Shown here one piece after another: positions 37,230-46,015 of a DNA stretch of 64,000 bases. The notes under the pieces are model-generated. The model had not been told where the DNA came from, made no database searches, and saw nothing but the letters and a program-made list of their open reading frames with translations. Position 1 is the first letter of the stretch, and each line of letters begins with the position of its first letter. Both the position numbers and the translations under genes were made by a program. The DNA lies in the NCBI GenBank assembly GCA_046350735.1, contig JAXLZU010000001.1, positions 76,530 through 140,529 of the forward strand, given 5' to 3'. The DNA is from Candidatus Saccharimonadota bacterium. Lineage in GTDB: Bacteria; Patescibacteriota; Saccharimonadia; CAILAD01; BJGX01.

Positions 37230-37973
37230 ATGGACGTAAAGAAAACACCAAAAAAACCTGCTACATCAACTAATCAGGCGGCTCCTGCTGCTACCCCAGA
37301 ACCTACACAGGCAAGTGCACCACAAGCTACCAAAAAGAATAATGGTATGGCTGTTGCTGCTCTAATACTGGTAATTATTGGTATCTTTGTTCCGGGCCTC
37401 AGCATTATTGGTATTATTCTAGCTATTGTAGCTCTGGTACAAACAAAAAAGACCAACGAAGGTGGCCGTGGCATGGCAATAGCTGCCTTAGTTATTGCGA
37501 TTATCGAAATTCTACTTGGTGCAATATTGCTGTTTGTTGTTATGTTTGCTTTTAATAAAGCACTCAAAGATAACGGGGTGAACGTTAATAATGGCAGTGT
37601 TAATGTAACAGGTAAAAACGGCGAATCTCTCAGTGTAGGTAATGCTAAAGTCCCAGATGGCTTCCCTAGCGACGTGCCAATTTATAAGCCCTCTGATGTA
37701 ATACTCTCACTCAAAACAAAAGAAGGTTACAATGTAACTTTGGCTACCAGCGATAGCGCACAGCAAGTATCTGATTATTATCAAACCCAGATGGTTAACA
37801 ACGGCTGGACAAAAGATGATACTGGTGCAGTCTTTAATGCTAATGTTGTACAGTCTTATAGTAAGGGTGATAGCCAGGTAGAACTTCTTATTGGTAGTAA
37901 TTCAAAATCAACAAATGATAAGAAGACTACAGTAAGTATTACTTATGTAAATAAAGCAAATAGCTCACAATAG
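37230..37973 (+). CDS. membrane protein with DUF4190-like N-terminus and extracellular C-terminal domain
   Basis: Pro/Ala-rich N-terminus. Two TM helices (GIILAIVALV..., AIAALVIAII...). Confidence 0.5.
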   Translation: MDVKKTPKKPATSTNQAAPAATPEPTQASAPQATKKNNGMAVAALILVIIGIFVPGLSIIGIILAIVALVQTKKTNEGGRGMAIAALVIAIIEILLGAILLFVVMFAFNKALKDNGVNVNNGSVNVTGKNGESLSVGNAKVPDGFPSDVPIYKPSDVILSLKTKEGYNVTLATSDSAQQVSDYYQTQMVNNGWTKDDTGAVFNANVVQSYSKGDSQVELLIGSNSKSTNDKKTTVSITYVNKANSSQ

Positions 37974-37991
37974 ATTTAGATCTAAATAAAT

Positions 37992-38579
37992 ATGAGTATT
38001 AATACCGCCGACGTCCAAGCAGTTTTAAAACCGAGCATAAAACGAATTGCCTGGACGTTTGGCATTGCTGTTGTACTGCTAATAATACTTAATATTAACT
38101 TAATAATATTGCAGTCAACCTCTAATACTATCCTTGCTCAAAGCGATGTTCAGGATAGTATTATTTCGCAGTTACAAGCCTGGACTTCTTCACCAATATT
38201 AAATCTTGCTATTCTTGTTATCTTTTGGGTATGTGTTGGGCTTATTGCTTATTCGATAATCTACGCAATTTATAGTCTTGCTACCGAAGCGCAAAATGAA
38301 GTGGTTGTAGAAGAAGAGTATGTAAACAGGGGTGAGACCAAAAAACGCCTAAAAGGCTCGGCATATGCCCTTGGTATTATTGGCGGCATAATAATACTCG
38401 GCCTTCTTAGTCTGAGAATATTAGTACCGCTCTGGAATAGTTGGTTTGAAAACTTTATTTTAGGAATTCGCTCAACCCCAATTACAGCAATTCTTTACCT
38501 TCTTGCTTCACTTATTGGTCTTGGAATAAATGTGTATTTATTTGAAATACTTATTAACTGGTCGCTTTATTTAGAGTAG
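37992..38579 (+). CDS. integral membrane protein (hypothetical)
   Basis: 195 aa with 4 TM helices. Confidence 0.5.
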   Translation: MSINTADVQAVLKPSIKRIAWTFGIAVVLLIILNINLIILQSTSNTILAQSDVQDSIISQLQAWTSSPILNLAILVIFWVCVGLIAYSIIYAIYSLATEAQNEVVVEEEYVNRGETKKRLKGSAYALGIIGGIIILGLLSLRILVPLWNSWFENFILGIRSTPITAILYLLASLIGLGINVYLFEILINWSLYLE

Positions 38580-38891
38580 TTACTTTAGCTTGGATAAGTC
38601 CCATTTACGTTGCCAGTTGGTATCCATCTTTTTTCTATAAATATCTGCAGGGTCGTACCCGAGCACTTTGATGAGTTGAATACATTGCACAATAACATCA
38701 ATGCATTCTTCGGCAGTGTGTTCACTAGCTTCATCATTCTTAAAAGATTCTTGAATTTCTTTGGCTTCTAAACAAACGCGCTCTATGAGAAATCCTGTAG
38801 CATCCTTTGTAATGGGGAAGCCTTTAGCTCGGGCAAGATTCAAGACCTCATTACCAATCTGGGTAAGATCTTGGTCTTTTGGGTATTTCAT
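38580..38891 (-). CDS. MazG-like all-alpha nucleotide pyrophosphohydrolase
   Basis: 103 aa. EAKEIQESFK...EECIDVIVQCIQL resembles the MazG/dCTPase-like NTP-PPase fold. 3 nt downstream of the lexA stop. Confidence 0.5.
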   Translation of the reverse strand: MKYPKDQDLTQIGNEVLNLARAKGFPITKDATGFLIERVCLEAKEIQESFKNDEASEHTAEECIDVIVQCIQLIKVLGYDPADIYRKKMDTNWQRKWDLSKLK

Positions 38892-38894
38892 TAC

Positions 38895-39521
38895 TTAATA
38901 CTTACGAATAAGACCGATAACTACACCCTGAATCTTGAGAGGAGTACCCGGCTCAACATAGATGGGTTCCATGCTTGAGTTAGCAGGCTGCAAGCGAATA
39001 CGTCTGGCTTCTTTATAATATCGTTTTAGGGTGGCTTCTGAGTTGTTGACAAGAGCAACTACTACATCACCATTACTAGGAACTTCTTTTTCTTGCACCA
39101 CCACATAGTCACCGTCGTGAATGCCGTCTTCTATCATACTTTCGCCTTTTACTTGTAAGACATACGAGTTTTTAGAACCAACCATAAATGGTGGTACCTC
39201 AAGGGTTTCGGCGTGGCCAGTCATTGTCTCTATTGGGCTACCAGCCGCAATAAGACCGAGAATAGGGAGGCCAACCCCCGGCTTATTTACTTGTTCTTGA
39301 ACATCTTCTACCGGAATAAGTGATCGTGCTGAATTATTACCTTTTTGTAACAGCCCTTTAGCCACGAGTGTATCGATATGTTGTGCAACGGTAGCAACCG
39401 AATTCAGCTTAAGACCGTTGGCGATTTCTCTATAGCTTGGTGAATAACCTTTTTGTTCAATAAAGGTAGTTATATAGTCGAGCGTCTTTCTTTGTTTCTT
39501 AGTGAGTGCTTGTTTCATGTA
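38895..39521 (-). CDS. lexA: LexA repressor
   Basis: N-terminal wHTH. Ala-Gly cleavage site (LIAAGSPIE). Ser/Lys dyad GESM...K in the S24 domain. GGAGGG RBS before MKQALTKK. Confidence 0.9.
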   Translation of the reverse strand, partial: YMKQALTKKQRKTLDYITTFIEQKGYSPSYREIANGLKLNSVATVAQHIDTLVAKGLLQKGNNSARSLIPVEDVQEQVNKPGVGLPILGLIAAGSPIETMTGHAETLEVPPFMVGSKNSYVLQVKGESMIEDGIHDGDYVVVQEKEVPSNGDVVVALVNNSEATLKRYYKEARRIRLQPANSSMEPIYVEPGTPLKIQGVVIGLIRKY

Positions 39522-39556
39522 GTATCCCTCCGAAATATTACTTACTAATATAATAA

Positions 39557-39571
39557 CGAACAGCATACGAA
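39557..39571 (-). promoter_or_regulatory. putative LexA operator: GTTC-N7-GTTC direct repeat in the lexA promoter spacer
   Basis: Gene-strand sequence is TTGACA-TGTTCGTATGCTGTTCG-TTATTATATT. The direct repeat sits between the -35 TTGACA and an AT-rich -10. Confidence 0.4.
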
Positions 39572-39884
39572 CATGTCAACATAAAAAGTAAACATTTTTC
39601 TAAAATAGTATGTTTTAACCTGTTGAAGTTTCTATTTATGCCGGGGATTGTAGATACTTTTTGTGATAAATAGTAATCATTTTTTTTCTTGGAAACACAC
39701 GACTTTTCTAGAAGAAATACAAATGTACATATGGGAATTATCATGTATTGTGTCTCTTGCAGAATTAGAGTCTTTAACTGAAGCAATAAACAGCATTACT
39801 TATGGTATAACTGCCAAAAATAAAACTAAATATGCTGCAATTAATTGCGGAATATGGATAATGTACTCTTACGGAATAATTTAA

Positions 39885-40292
39885 CTATATAGCTCGCATA
39901 CGATTGCTACGCGAATTGTGTTCGACTTCCGCCAATCTAAGCTCTTCTAATAGTGGTGGCATGTACATACCAAACCTTCCACGCAGGCCTTTTTTGAGGC
40001 CATACCATCCACCTACTGGATTACTAGAGGATCGGCCCCATGCCTCAACTGTTCCTTCCTTGGCAGGCTTTTGTTCGTCAGCACTACCAAGCTCCATCCA
40101 GTCACCATGTTTCTTGAGCATAGCATGCAAATCGTTAATTGCCCGTTTATCGTAGAGCAGGGTTGTCTTGCCAACAACACACACTATTACTTCCTTACCA
40201 TCTTTTTCGTCTAAGTACATTTCATATTCGGATGAAAGTGGTGGTGTTTTTAGTTTCCATGGGTTTTCTTTTGTGCCTTTTTCTGCTGACAT
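39885..40292 (-). CDS. conserved hypothetical protein
   Basis: 135 aa. Motifs NPW.LKTPP...GDWMELGSADEQKPAK...NPVGGWYGL. No family name assigned. Confidence 0.55.
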   Translation of the reverse strand: MSAEKGTKENPWKLKTPPLSSEYEMYLDEKDGKEVIVCVVGKTTLLYDKRAINDLHAMLKKHGDWMELGSADEQKPAKEGTVEAWGRSSSNPVGGWYGLKKGLRGRFGMYMPPLLEELRLAEVEHNSRSNRMRAI

Positions 40293-40312
40293 AATTACTC
40301 CTTTAAGTTTGT

Positions 40313-40747
40313 TTATTGGCTATTGAATGACTCTTTGTAGTTCGATAGAAATGCATTTGTAATCATTTGTTTTAATGTTTCAATATCTATATCCTTTAAT
40401 GATTTAATATAAAGACATCCTTTACCTACTTTATGTGGTCCAAGTTTTTTGAGTAACTCATTATTGGTGTGCATAAGATCATACATAACAAGGCCATAAA
40501 TCGTTAAAGCTTGCTTACGTGGAGAAAAGCCTACACGCAATGAGTCTCCCTCGCGCCCAGATTGGTACTTATAATGATAACTACCATAACCTACTATACT
40601 TGAGCCCCACATGACTGGTTCTTCGCCAGTGCATACTTTGAATATTTCGAGCAATTGTATACTGTCTTGTTTTCGAGCTTCATTTTCAATAGCATTTATA
40701 AAATCTTTAACACTTGAATTATTCTTCTGGGTCTTATTCTCTGTCAT
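40313..40747 (-). CDS. DUF1801 (YdhG-like) protein
   Basis: ...VMWGSSIVGYGSYHYKYQSGREGD... second DUF1801 paralog in the window. Confidence 0.68.
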   Translation of the reverse strand: MTENKTQKNNSSVKDFINAIENEARKQDSIQLLEIFKVCTGEEPVMWGSSIVGYGSYHYKYQSGREGDSLRVGFSPRKQALTIYGLVMYDLMHTNNELLKKLGPHKVGKGCLYIKSLKDIDIETLKQMITNAFLSNYKESFNSQ

Positions 40748-40808
40748 GCCCTAATTATATCAAATGCAAATATTTAACCCTGTTACAAACATAAATGTAT
40801 TAGAGAGT

Positions 40809-41375
40809 TTACTTACCATTTTTGTTTTGGTAGTCGAGAATTGCTTGAGAAACTTTACCGTCTGCTTTTAAGTTCTCCCAGAAAAGAATCTCTTTTTTGT
40901 TGATATACATACTATCTTCTGGCCCATGTAATTCATTACCAAGCTTAGTGAGTGAAAGTTGTGGCTGAGTAGTATTATTTTGCGTTTGGCCGTTTTGCTG
41001 ACCCTGTACCTGAAGGTAGAAGATGTTTGTTAGTTTGACGTATTCATCATTAATATTTGAGATTTTACCAAAGTAAACCATATTGTTACTCAAGAAAACC
41101 GCCTGATAGCCCTTTGAATTAACAGCACCACTGGTATTTATCGTGCCCCACAGCATAGTGAGGGCTGCGCAAACCAATACTAAGGCAATGGCAGCTAGAG
41201 CAATAACCCCTACTAAGAAAGGTGCCTTAGACTGCTTGGGCGGACGTGGCGGAGGCGGGGTAGCTGGTCGATGAGGTGGTGGTGGGGAAGTCTGTGGGCG
41301 TACAGCTGGCCGAGGGCGGGCAGCATGACGCATACTTGGTGGTATACCAGTAGGACGGCCAGGTTTAGATTCCAT
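40809..41375 (-). CDS. proline-rich, single-TM membrane protein (hypothetical)
   Basis: N-terminal PTGIPPSMRHAARPRPAVRPQTSPPPP... TM helix, then a conserved C-terminal domain. Confidence 0.5.
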   Translation of the reverse strand: MESKPGRPTGIPPSMRHAARPRPAVRPQTSPPPPHRPATPPPPRPPKQSKAPFLVGVIALAAIALVLVCAALTMLWGTINTSGAVNSKGYQAVFLSNNMVYFGKISNINDEYVKLTNIFYLQVQGQQNGQTQNNTTQPQLSLTKLGNELHGPEDSMYINKKEILFWENLKADGKVSQAILDYQNKNGK

Positions 41376-41497
41376 AAATATTAACTCCTTTGCTTTACAA
41401 ACCTATTACTTACTCTATTCTAACCATATCGCTCATGCTTAGCAACGGGTTTTGACGGGTTAGGATGCAAAAAACTTCGAATTTGCCTATTGACATC

Positions 41498-41526
41498 ACC
41501 TTACAGGTTTCGTAATCTTAAGAACA
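41498..41526 (+). promoter_or_regulatory. sigma-70-like promoter (TTGACA-N17-TAATCT)
   Basis: Consensus -35. 17-nt spacer. GAGGAGG RBS at 41543-41549 before the ATG at 41556. Confidence 0.5.
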
Positions 41527-41555
41527 TAAGTAAAAATTAATTGAGGAGGAGTTAA

Positions 41556-41759
41556 ATGACTTACGAACACACTAATTCTAGAGGTCAAAAATATTTTCTT
41601 CACCAGCGAGAAGTAACTCTCAAAGGTGGACGCTTGCAAACAATTTACTTTTTTGCACGCGAAGTTAAAGATGGTGCTATCGATGCACTACCAGAAGGTT
41701 ACGAAGTAGTAGAAAACACTCGTACTGGTCTTCCAATTCTTAAAAAATCTAACAAGTAG
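41556..41759 (+). CDS. small conserved hypothetical protein (67 aa)
   Basis: Strong promoter, RBS and terminator bracket this ORF. Confidence 0.55.
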   Translation: MTYEHTNSRGQKYFLHQREVTLKGGRLQTIYFFAREVKDGAIDALPEGYEVVENTRTGLPILKKSNK

Positions 41760-41778
41760 ATTTAGACAGAATTTATGC

Positions 41779-41806
41779 AGAGGCGCCCTTATGGGCGCTT
41801 TTTGTT
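41779..41806 (+). terminator. rho-independent terminator
   Basis: GGCGCCC-TTAT-GGGCGC plus TTTTTG. Confidence 0.55.
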
Positions 41807-41884
41807 AATAGTGAAAACAGATTGAAAAAAAGTATTTTTTCAGATAGAATGAGTGAGTTATTTAAGATAATTTAATGATTTCGA

Positions 41885-41960
41885 GGGCCCGTAGCTCAGT
41901 GGTTAGAGCAGTCGGCTCATAACCGATTGGTCCCTGGTTCAAATCCAGGCGGGCCCACCA
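41885..41960 (+). tRNA. tRNA with CAU anticodon, elongator type; resembles tRNA-Ile2 (lysidine) more than tRNA-Met
   Basis: GGGCCCGTAGCTCAGTGGTTAGAGCAGTCGGCTCATAACCGATTGGTCCCTGGTTCAAATCCAGGCGGGCCCACCA. D-loop and variable region resemble E. coli ileX. C4-G69 and C5-G68 present. Confidence 0.85.
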
Positions 41961-41967
41961 GTAATTA

Positions 41968-42000
41968 TAAAAAAGACCCTAGTAGTGGGTCTTTTTTTAT
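41968..42000 (+). terminator. rho-independent terminator after tRNA
   Basis: AGACCC-TAGTAGT-GGGTCT plus TTTTTTT. Confidence 0.6.
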
Positions 42001-42290
42001 TTCTGGCTATTATGTCGCTGTTTTTCTACCTCTAATTGCAGGCGAGCAGTGTGGCCGATAGAACCTTTGTCGGTTACTTCTGAGTATCGTGGCATATTAC
42101 CTCTGGTGGCATTTATTTTTTGCTGTAGCTCATATGTCTTTTTGGCTGCCACACTTTCTTCTAAATGTCTCTCGGTAGCTCGGTCGGCAGGTGGTTCTGA
42201 CGAGTCGATAACCACCGACTCGTAATCGGCTGGTGTTACCAGGCGGGGTGGTGTAAAGCGTTGTATTCGACTTGTATTTTCACCATTCAT
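41997..42290 (-). CDS. doubtful small ORF (97 aa)
   Basis: Only an ORF-track entry. 3' end overlaps the terminator T-run. No recognisable features. Confidence 0.2.
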   Translation of the reverse strand: MNGENTSRIQRFTPPRLVTPADYESVVIDSSEPPADRATERHLEESVAAKKTYELQQKINATRGNMPRYSEVTDKGSIGHTARLQLEVEKQRHNSQK

Positions 42291-42406
42291 AATCTTATTG
42301 TAAGAACCAGATACAAAAATGGCAAATCTAACTTTCTTATGCTTGAAAATGTAGCTAAGTTAGGCCAAAATTGTGCGAGTACCTTCCCAACAAGTAGAGG
42401 TGAGCA

Positions 42407-43324
42407 ATGCCACGTAACTTTATGCAGTTGCTACAGGCCCAGCAAGACAAGGGGAACTTTGTCTGTGTTGGTCTCGATAGTGATCAGAAGAGATTACCCG
42501 GCTACCTAGTTACAAAATATAACGGCTATCTACGAGCTCAAATTGAATTCAATAGAAGCATTATCGATGCTACCAAAGATTTTGCAGGTGCATATAAGCC
42601 AAATTTAGCGTTTTACCCTGATGCTTCAGGTAAGACTGTCTTAAAAAGTGCTATTGATTATATTCGTCAGGTTGCTCCAGATGTTCCAGTAATTCTCGAT
42701 GCCAAGCAGGGCGATATTGGCAATACTAATAATGGTTATGTGTTTGATGACTTTGGCTATTATGGTGCAGATGCGGCAACAGTACACAATTATATGGGTA
42801 TGGAAGCAATGCGACCATTCTTAGATAATCCCGACAATGGTGTTATTGTGCTCTGTCGTACCAGTAATGATGGCGCTGGTGAGTTACAAGATCTGATGGT
42901 GCAACCTTCAGCTGAAGAAGCGAAGGCTATTGGTATCCCTTCACTACTTTCGATACCGCTCTACGAGTATATTGCCTACAGGGTGTCGCGCGCGTGGAAC
43001 TACAATGAGAATGTGTGTGTTGTAGTTGGTGCTACTAGACCAGAAGAACTGGCTGAGGTTCGTCGTATTGTTGGTGACATGCCAATTTTGTTACCTGGCA
43101 TTGGTGCTCAGGGTGGAGACCTTGAGGCTACTATTGATGCCGGTAAGAACAGTAAGGACCAGGGCATGATTATTAACAATAGTCGTGGCATTATCTTTGC
43201 CTACGAAAAAGATGATGAATACGGAGAAGATCAATTTGGTCTTGCTGCCCGTAAGGCCGGACTAGCTATGCACCATGCAATTCGCGAACATCTTGGTTTG
43301 CCATATGGCCAGCTGAACATCTGA
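42407..43324 (+). CDS. pyrF: orotidine-5'-phosphate decarboxylase (long, type-2 form)
   Basis: VCVGLDSD...ILDAKQGDIGNT catalytic Asp-x-Lys-x-x-Asp region. 305 aa. Confidence 0.82.
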   Translation: MPRNFMQLLQAQQDKGNFVCVGLDSDQKRLPGYLVTKYNGYLRAQIEFNRSIIDATKDFAGAYKPNLAFYPDASGKTVLKSAIDYIRQVAPDVPVILDAKQGDIGNTNNGYVFDDFGYYGADAATVHNYMGMEAMRPFLDNPDNGVIVLCRTSNDGAGELQDLMVQPSAEEAKAIGIPSLLSIPLYEYIAYRVSRAWNYNENVCVVVGATRPEELAEVRRIVGDMPILLPGIGAQGGDLEATIDAGKNSKDQGMIINNSRGIIFAYEKDDEYGEDQFGLAARKAGLAMHHAIREHLGLPYGQLNI

Positions 43325-43335
43325 AAGGACACACC

Positions 43336-44070
43336 ATGAGCGATGAAGCCTTGGAGATGGTTACCAACTATGGTTGCCGGGTATTCGATGGTGAACACTT
43401 TGTGTATAAATCTGGTATGCATGGGCCGGCGTACATCAACGTAGACCCAGTACTGTACCAGCCATGGGCATTGTATAGTATTGGTCGCAAGTTGGCCGAG
43501 CCTTATATTCCTGCAGGATTGCGATCGTCTGGCGTGGTGCCAGATGTTGTGGCCGACCCTGCCGTGGGTGGAATTAGTTTTGGGCTAATGACAGCCCTTG
43601 CCATTAATGAGCGCATTGATGCCTTTGCTACCAATCTTACTATGCGAGAGCAGTATCCAGAGCAAGTTATGCATGTCTTTGCTGAGAAGCAAAAGACTGA
43701 CAATGGCCAAGAAATTTTTGTTATCTCTCGTACCGGCTTTGCTGCACAGTGCAAAGGTAAAAAGGTTTTGGTGGTAGAAGATATTCTTAACTCTGGTGTC
43801 AGCACTGCCGGAGTTATAGAATGTGTGCGGACTGCCGGCGGAGAAGTAATTGGCGTTGCTTGCCTAGTTAGTCGGGGCGGTGCCACCGCGGAATCACTCG
43901 GTGTACCACGCTTTGACGCGCTTATTGACATTAATATGCTGCAATACGACGCAGCTACATGTCCGCTTTGCGCCGAGCGTCGGCCAATGGTGATAGATGA
44001 CTCACTTGGTAAAGGTAAAGGTTGGGCGGAGAAGCATTCTGACTACCCGACCAAATTACTACTTAACTAG
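43336..44070 (+). CDS. pyrE: orotate phosphoribosyltransferase-like type I PRTase
   Basis: PRPP-binding motif VLVVEDILNSGVSTAG. N-terminal hood region typical of OPRTase. GC-richer than surroundings. Confidence 0.7.
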   Translation: MSDEALEMVTNYGCRVFDGEHFVYKSGMHGPAYINVDPVLYQPWALYSIGRKLAEPYIPAGLRSSGVVPDVVADPAVGGISFGLMTALAINERIDAFATNLTMREQYPEQVMHVFAEKQKTDNGQEIFVISRTGFAAQCKGKKVLVVEDILNSGVSTAGVIECVRTAGGEVIGVACLVSRGGATAESLGVPRFDALIDINMLQYDAATCPLCAERRPMVIDDSLGKGKGWAEKHSDYPTKLLLN

Positions 44071-44136
44071 ACAATTATGCCTTTCGATATATCGAAAGGC
44101 TTTTTTAATATCTGAAAAATTGCTAGAGTATAAATA

Positions 44137-44886
44137 ATGATTATTGAGGTAAAAAATCTAAAGAAAGAATACGGCAAAGTAAAAGCCGTACGGGGTGTTA
44201 GCTTTGCTGTAGAAGAAGGCGAGGTGTTCGGTATACTTGGGCCAAATGGTGCAGGTAAAACCACAACACTTGAGATGATGGAAGGATTGCGCGAGGTGAG
44301 TAGTGGCAGTATTGATATTGACGGTATTGATGTACGTAAGAACCCAGATGATGTAAAAGAAATTATTGGCGTACAGTTGCAGAGTAGTGCTTTTTTTGAA
44401 CACCTTAGTTTGGTCGAGCTGCTGAAGGTTTTTCGTGATCTCTATAGCACACGACGCGATCCACACGAGTTATTAAAAGAAGTTGGGCTAAGTAAAAAGG
44501 CAAAAGCACAAGTAAAAGAACTTTCTGGTGGACAAAAACAGCGCTTTAGTATAGCCGCTGCATTGGTTAATGACCCAACGGTATTATTCTTAGACGAGCC
44601 AACCACTGGGCTCGACCCGCAAGCAAGACGCAACCTCTGGGAGCTCGTGCAACAAATAAAAGCGAAGGGTAAAACCATTATTCTTACCACACATTATATG
44701 GATGAGGCAGAGCTGCTTTGCGACAGGATTGCCATTATGGATAATGGCAAAATTATTGCCCTTGATACCCCACAAAATCTGATTGATGCATTATTAAAGC
44801 GCGGTTTTAAAAAGAAAATGCCTACTAACAAGGCAAATTTAGAGGATGTATTTATTGATCTAACAGGAAAGGCTATTAGAGACTAG
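44137..44886 (+). CDS. ABC transporter ATP-binding protein (ABC-2 subfamily)
   Basis: GPNGAGKTT, LSGGQKQRFS, LFLDEPTTGLD. Confidence 0.9.
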   Translation: MIIEVKNLKKEYGKVKAVRGVSFAVEEGEVFGILGPNGAGKTTTLEMMEGLREVSSGSIDIDGIDVRKNPDDVKEIIGVQLQSSAFFEHLSLVELLKVFRDLYSTRRDPHELLKEVGLSKKAKAQVKELSGGQKQRFSIAAALVNDPTVLFLDEPTTGLDPQARRNLWELVQQIKAKGKTIILTTHYMDEAELLCDRIAIMDNGKIIALDTPQNLIDALLKRGFKKKMPTNKANLEDVFIDLTGKAIRD

Positions 44887-44887
44887 C

Positions 44888-46015
44888 ATGGATAAGCAAC
44901 ATCCACATCACAAAAAGCGTTGGTTGGCCTATAAAACTCTCACAGTTGCTAGTGTAAAAATGTACTTTCGTAATCGTTCTGCTGTATTCTTTACACTGTT
45001 TATTCCGGTGATGTTTATTCTTATTTTTGGCGCATTTAATTCTACCAAGCAAAGTAGTTTTAAGCTGACTATTGTAAATAATAGTAATAGCGAACTTGCC
45101 GGACAGTTTACCAGGGCATTAGAAGATAACAAAAATGTTTTTGATGCCTCGCAAAATAATCTAGATAATGCCAAAGATTTATTAGATAAGGGAAAAACAG
45201 ATTTAATAATTGTTGTACCACCCGAGTTTGGTGCTATCGATACGTCAACCCAAAAGCTAAAGAATGCTGAGATTATTACCTATTACAACAAAGGTCAGCC
45301 CCAAGCTGGCCAGGCCGCAAGCCTGGTAATTGGCCAGATAGTAAGCGGGTTTAATAATCAAATTACTCGTACACCAGTTATTTATAGTGTAAATTCGCAA
45401 GGAATTAACACTCACAATCTTAGTTACCTAGACTACTTAGTACCAGGCATTTTGGCTTTATCAATAATGCAGTTGGGTATTTTTAGTATTGCTTTTGCTT
45501 TTGTAAGTTTTAAATCGACCGGTGCTTTGCGCCGACTTTTTGTTACTCCAACACATCCAATTAGTTTTATTTTTGGCCAATCAGTTGCTCGCTTTCTAAT
45601 TGCATTTTTGCAAATAGGCCTGCTCTTGGCTTTGAGTATCTTGGTATTCAAAGTACATGTTGTGGGTAGTATCTTAAATATGTTTATCTTGGCTTTCTTA
45701 GGTATTATTGTATTTTTAATGTTTGGTTTTGCTGTGGCGGGTTGGGCAAAAGACGAAAATCAAGCGGCACCAATAGCCAACTTAATTACGTTTCCGATGC
45801 TGTTTCTCTCTGGCACGTTTATACCACGAGACAACTTACCAGTATGGCTGCAAAAAATAACCGGTATTTTACCACTAACATATCTAGCCGATGCAATGCG
45901 TTCGGTTTCTACTCTTGGGTATTCTCTTTGGCAGGTTAGAATGGATATCCTTGGGCTATTAGTCTGGGGTATTGTAATGTTTATAGTTGCAATTAAAGTC
46001 TTTAAATGGGAATAA
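44888..46015 (+). CDS. ABC-2 transporter permease
   Basis: 375 aa. N-terminal TM, large extracytoplasmic loop, then 5 TM helices. Confidence 0.8.
   Translation: MDKQHPHHKKRWLAYKTLTVASVKMYFRNRSAVFFTLFIPVMFILIFGAFNSTKQSSFKLTIVNNSNSELAGQFTRALEDNKNVFDASQNNLDNAKDLLDKGKTDLIIVVPPEFGAIDTSTQKLKNAEIITYYNKGQPQAGQAASLVIGQIVSGFNNQITRTPVIYSVNSQGINTHNLSYLDYLVPGILALSIMQLGIFSIAFAFVSFKSTGALRRLFVTPTHPISFIFGQSVARFLIAFLQIGLLLALSILVFKVHVVGSILNMFILAFLGIIVFLMFGFAVAGWAKDENQAAPIANLITFPMLFLSGTFIPRDNLPVWLQKITGILPLTYLADAMRSVSTLGYSLWQVRMDILGLLVWGIVMFIVAIKVFKWE

Noticed and set aside
39663-39884. 73-aa + strand ORF in the lexA upstream region
   Set aside because: AT-rich promoter DNA between divergent/minus-strand genes. 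No RBS. Likely non-coding.
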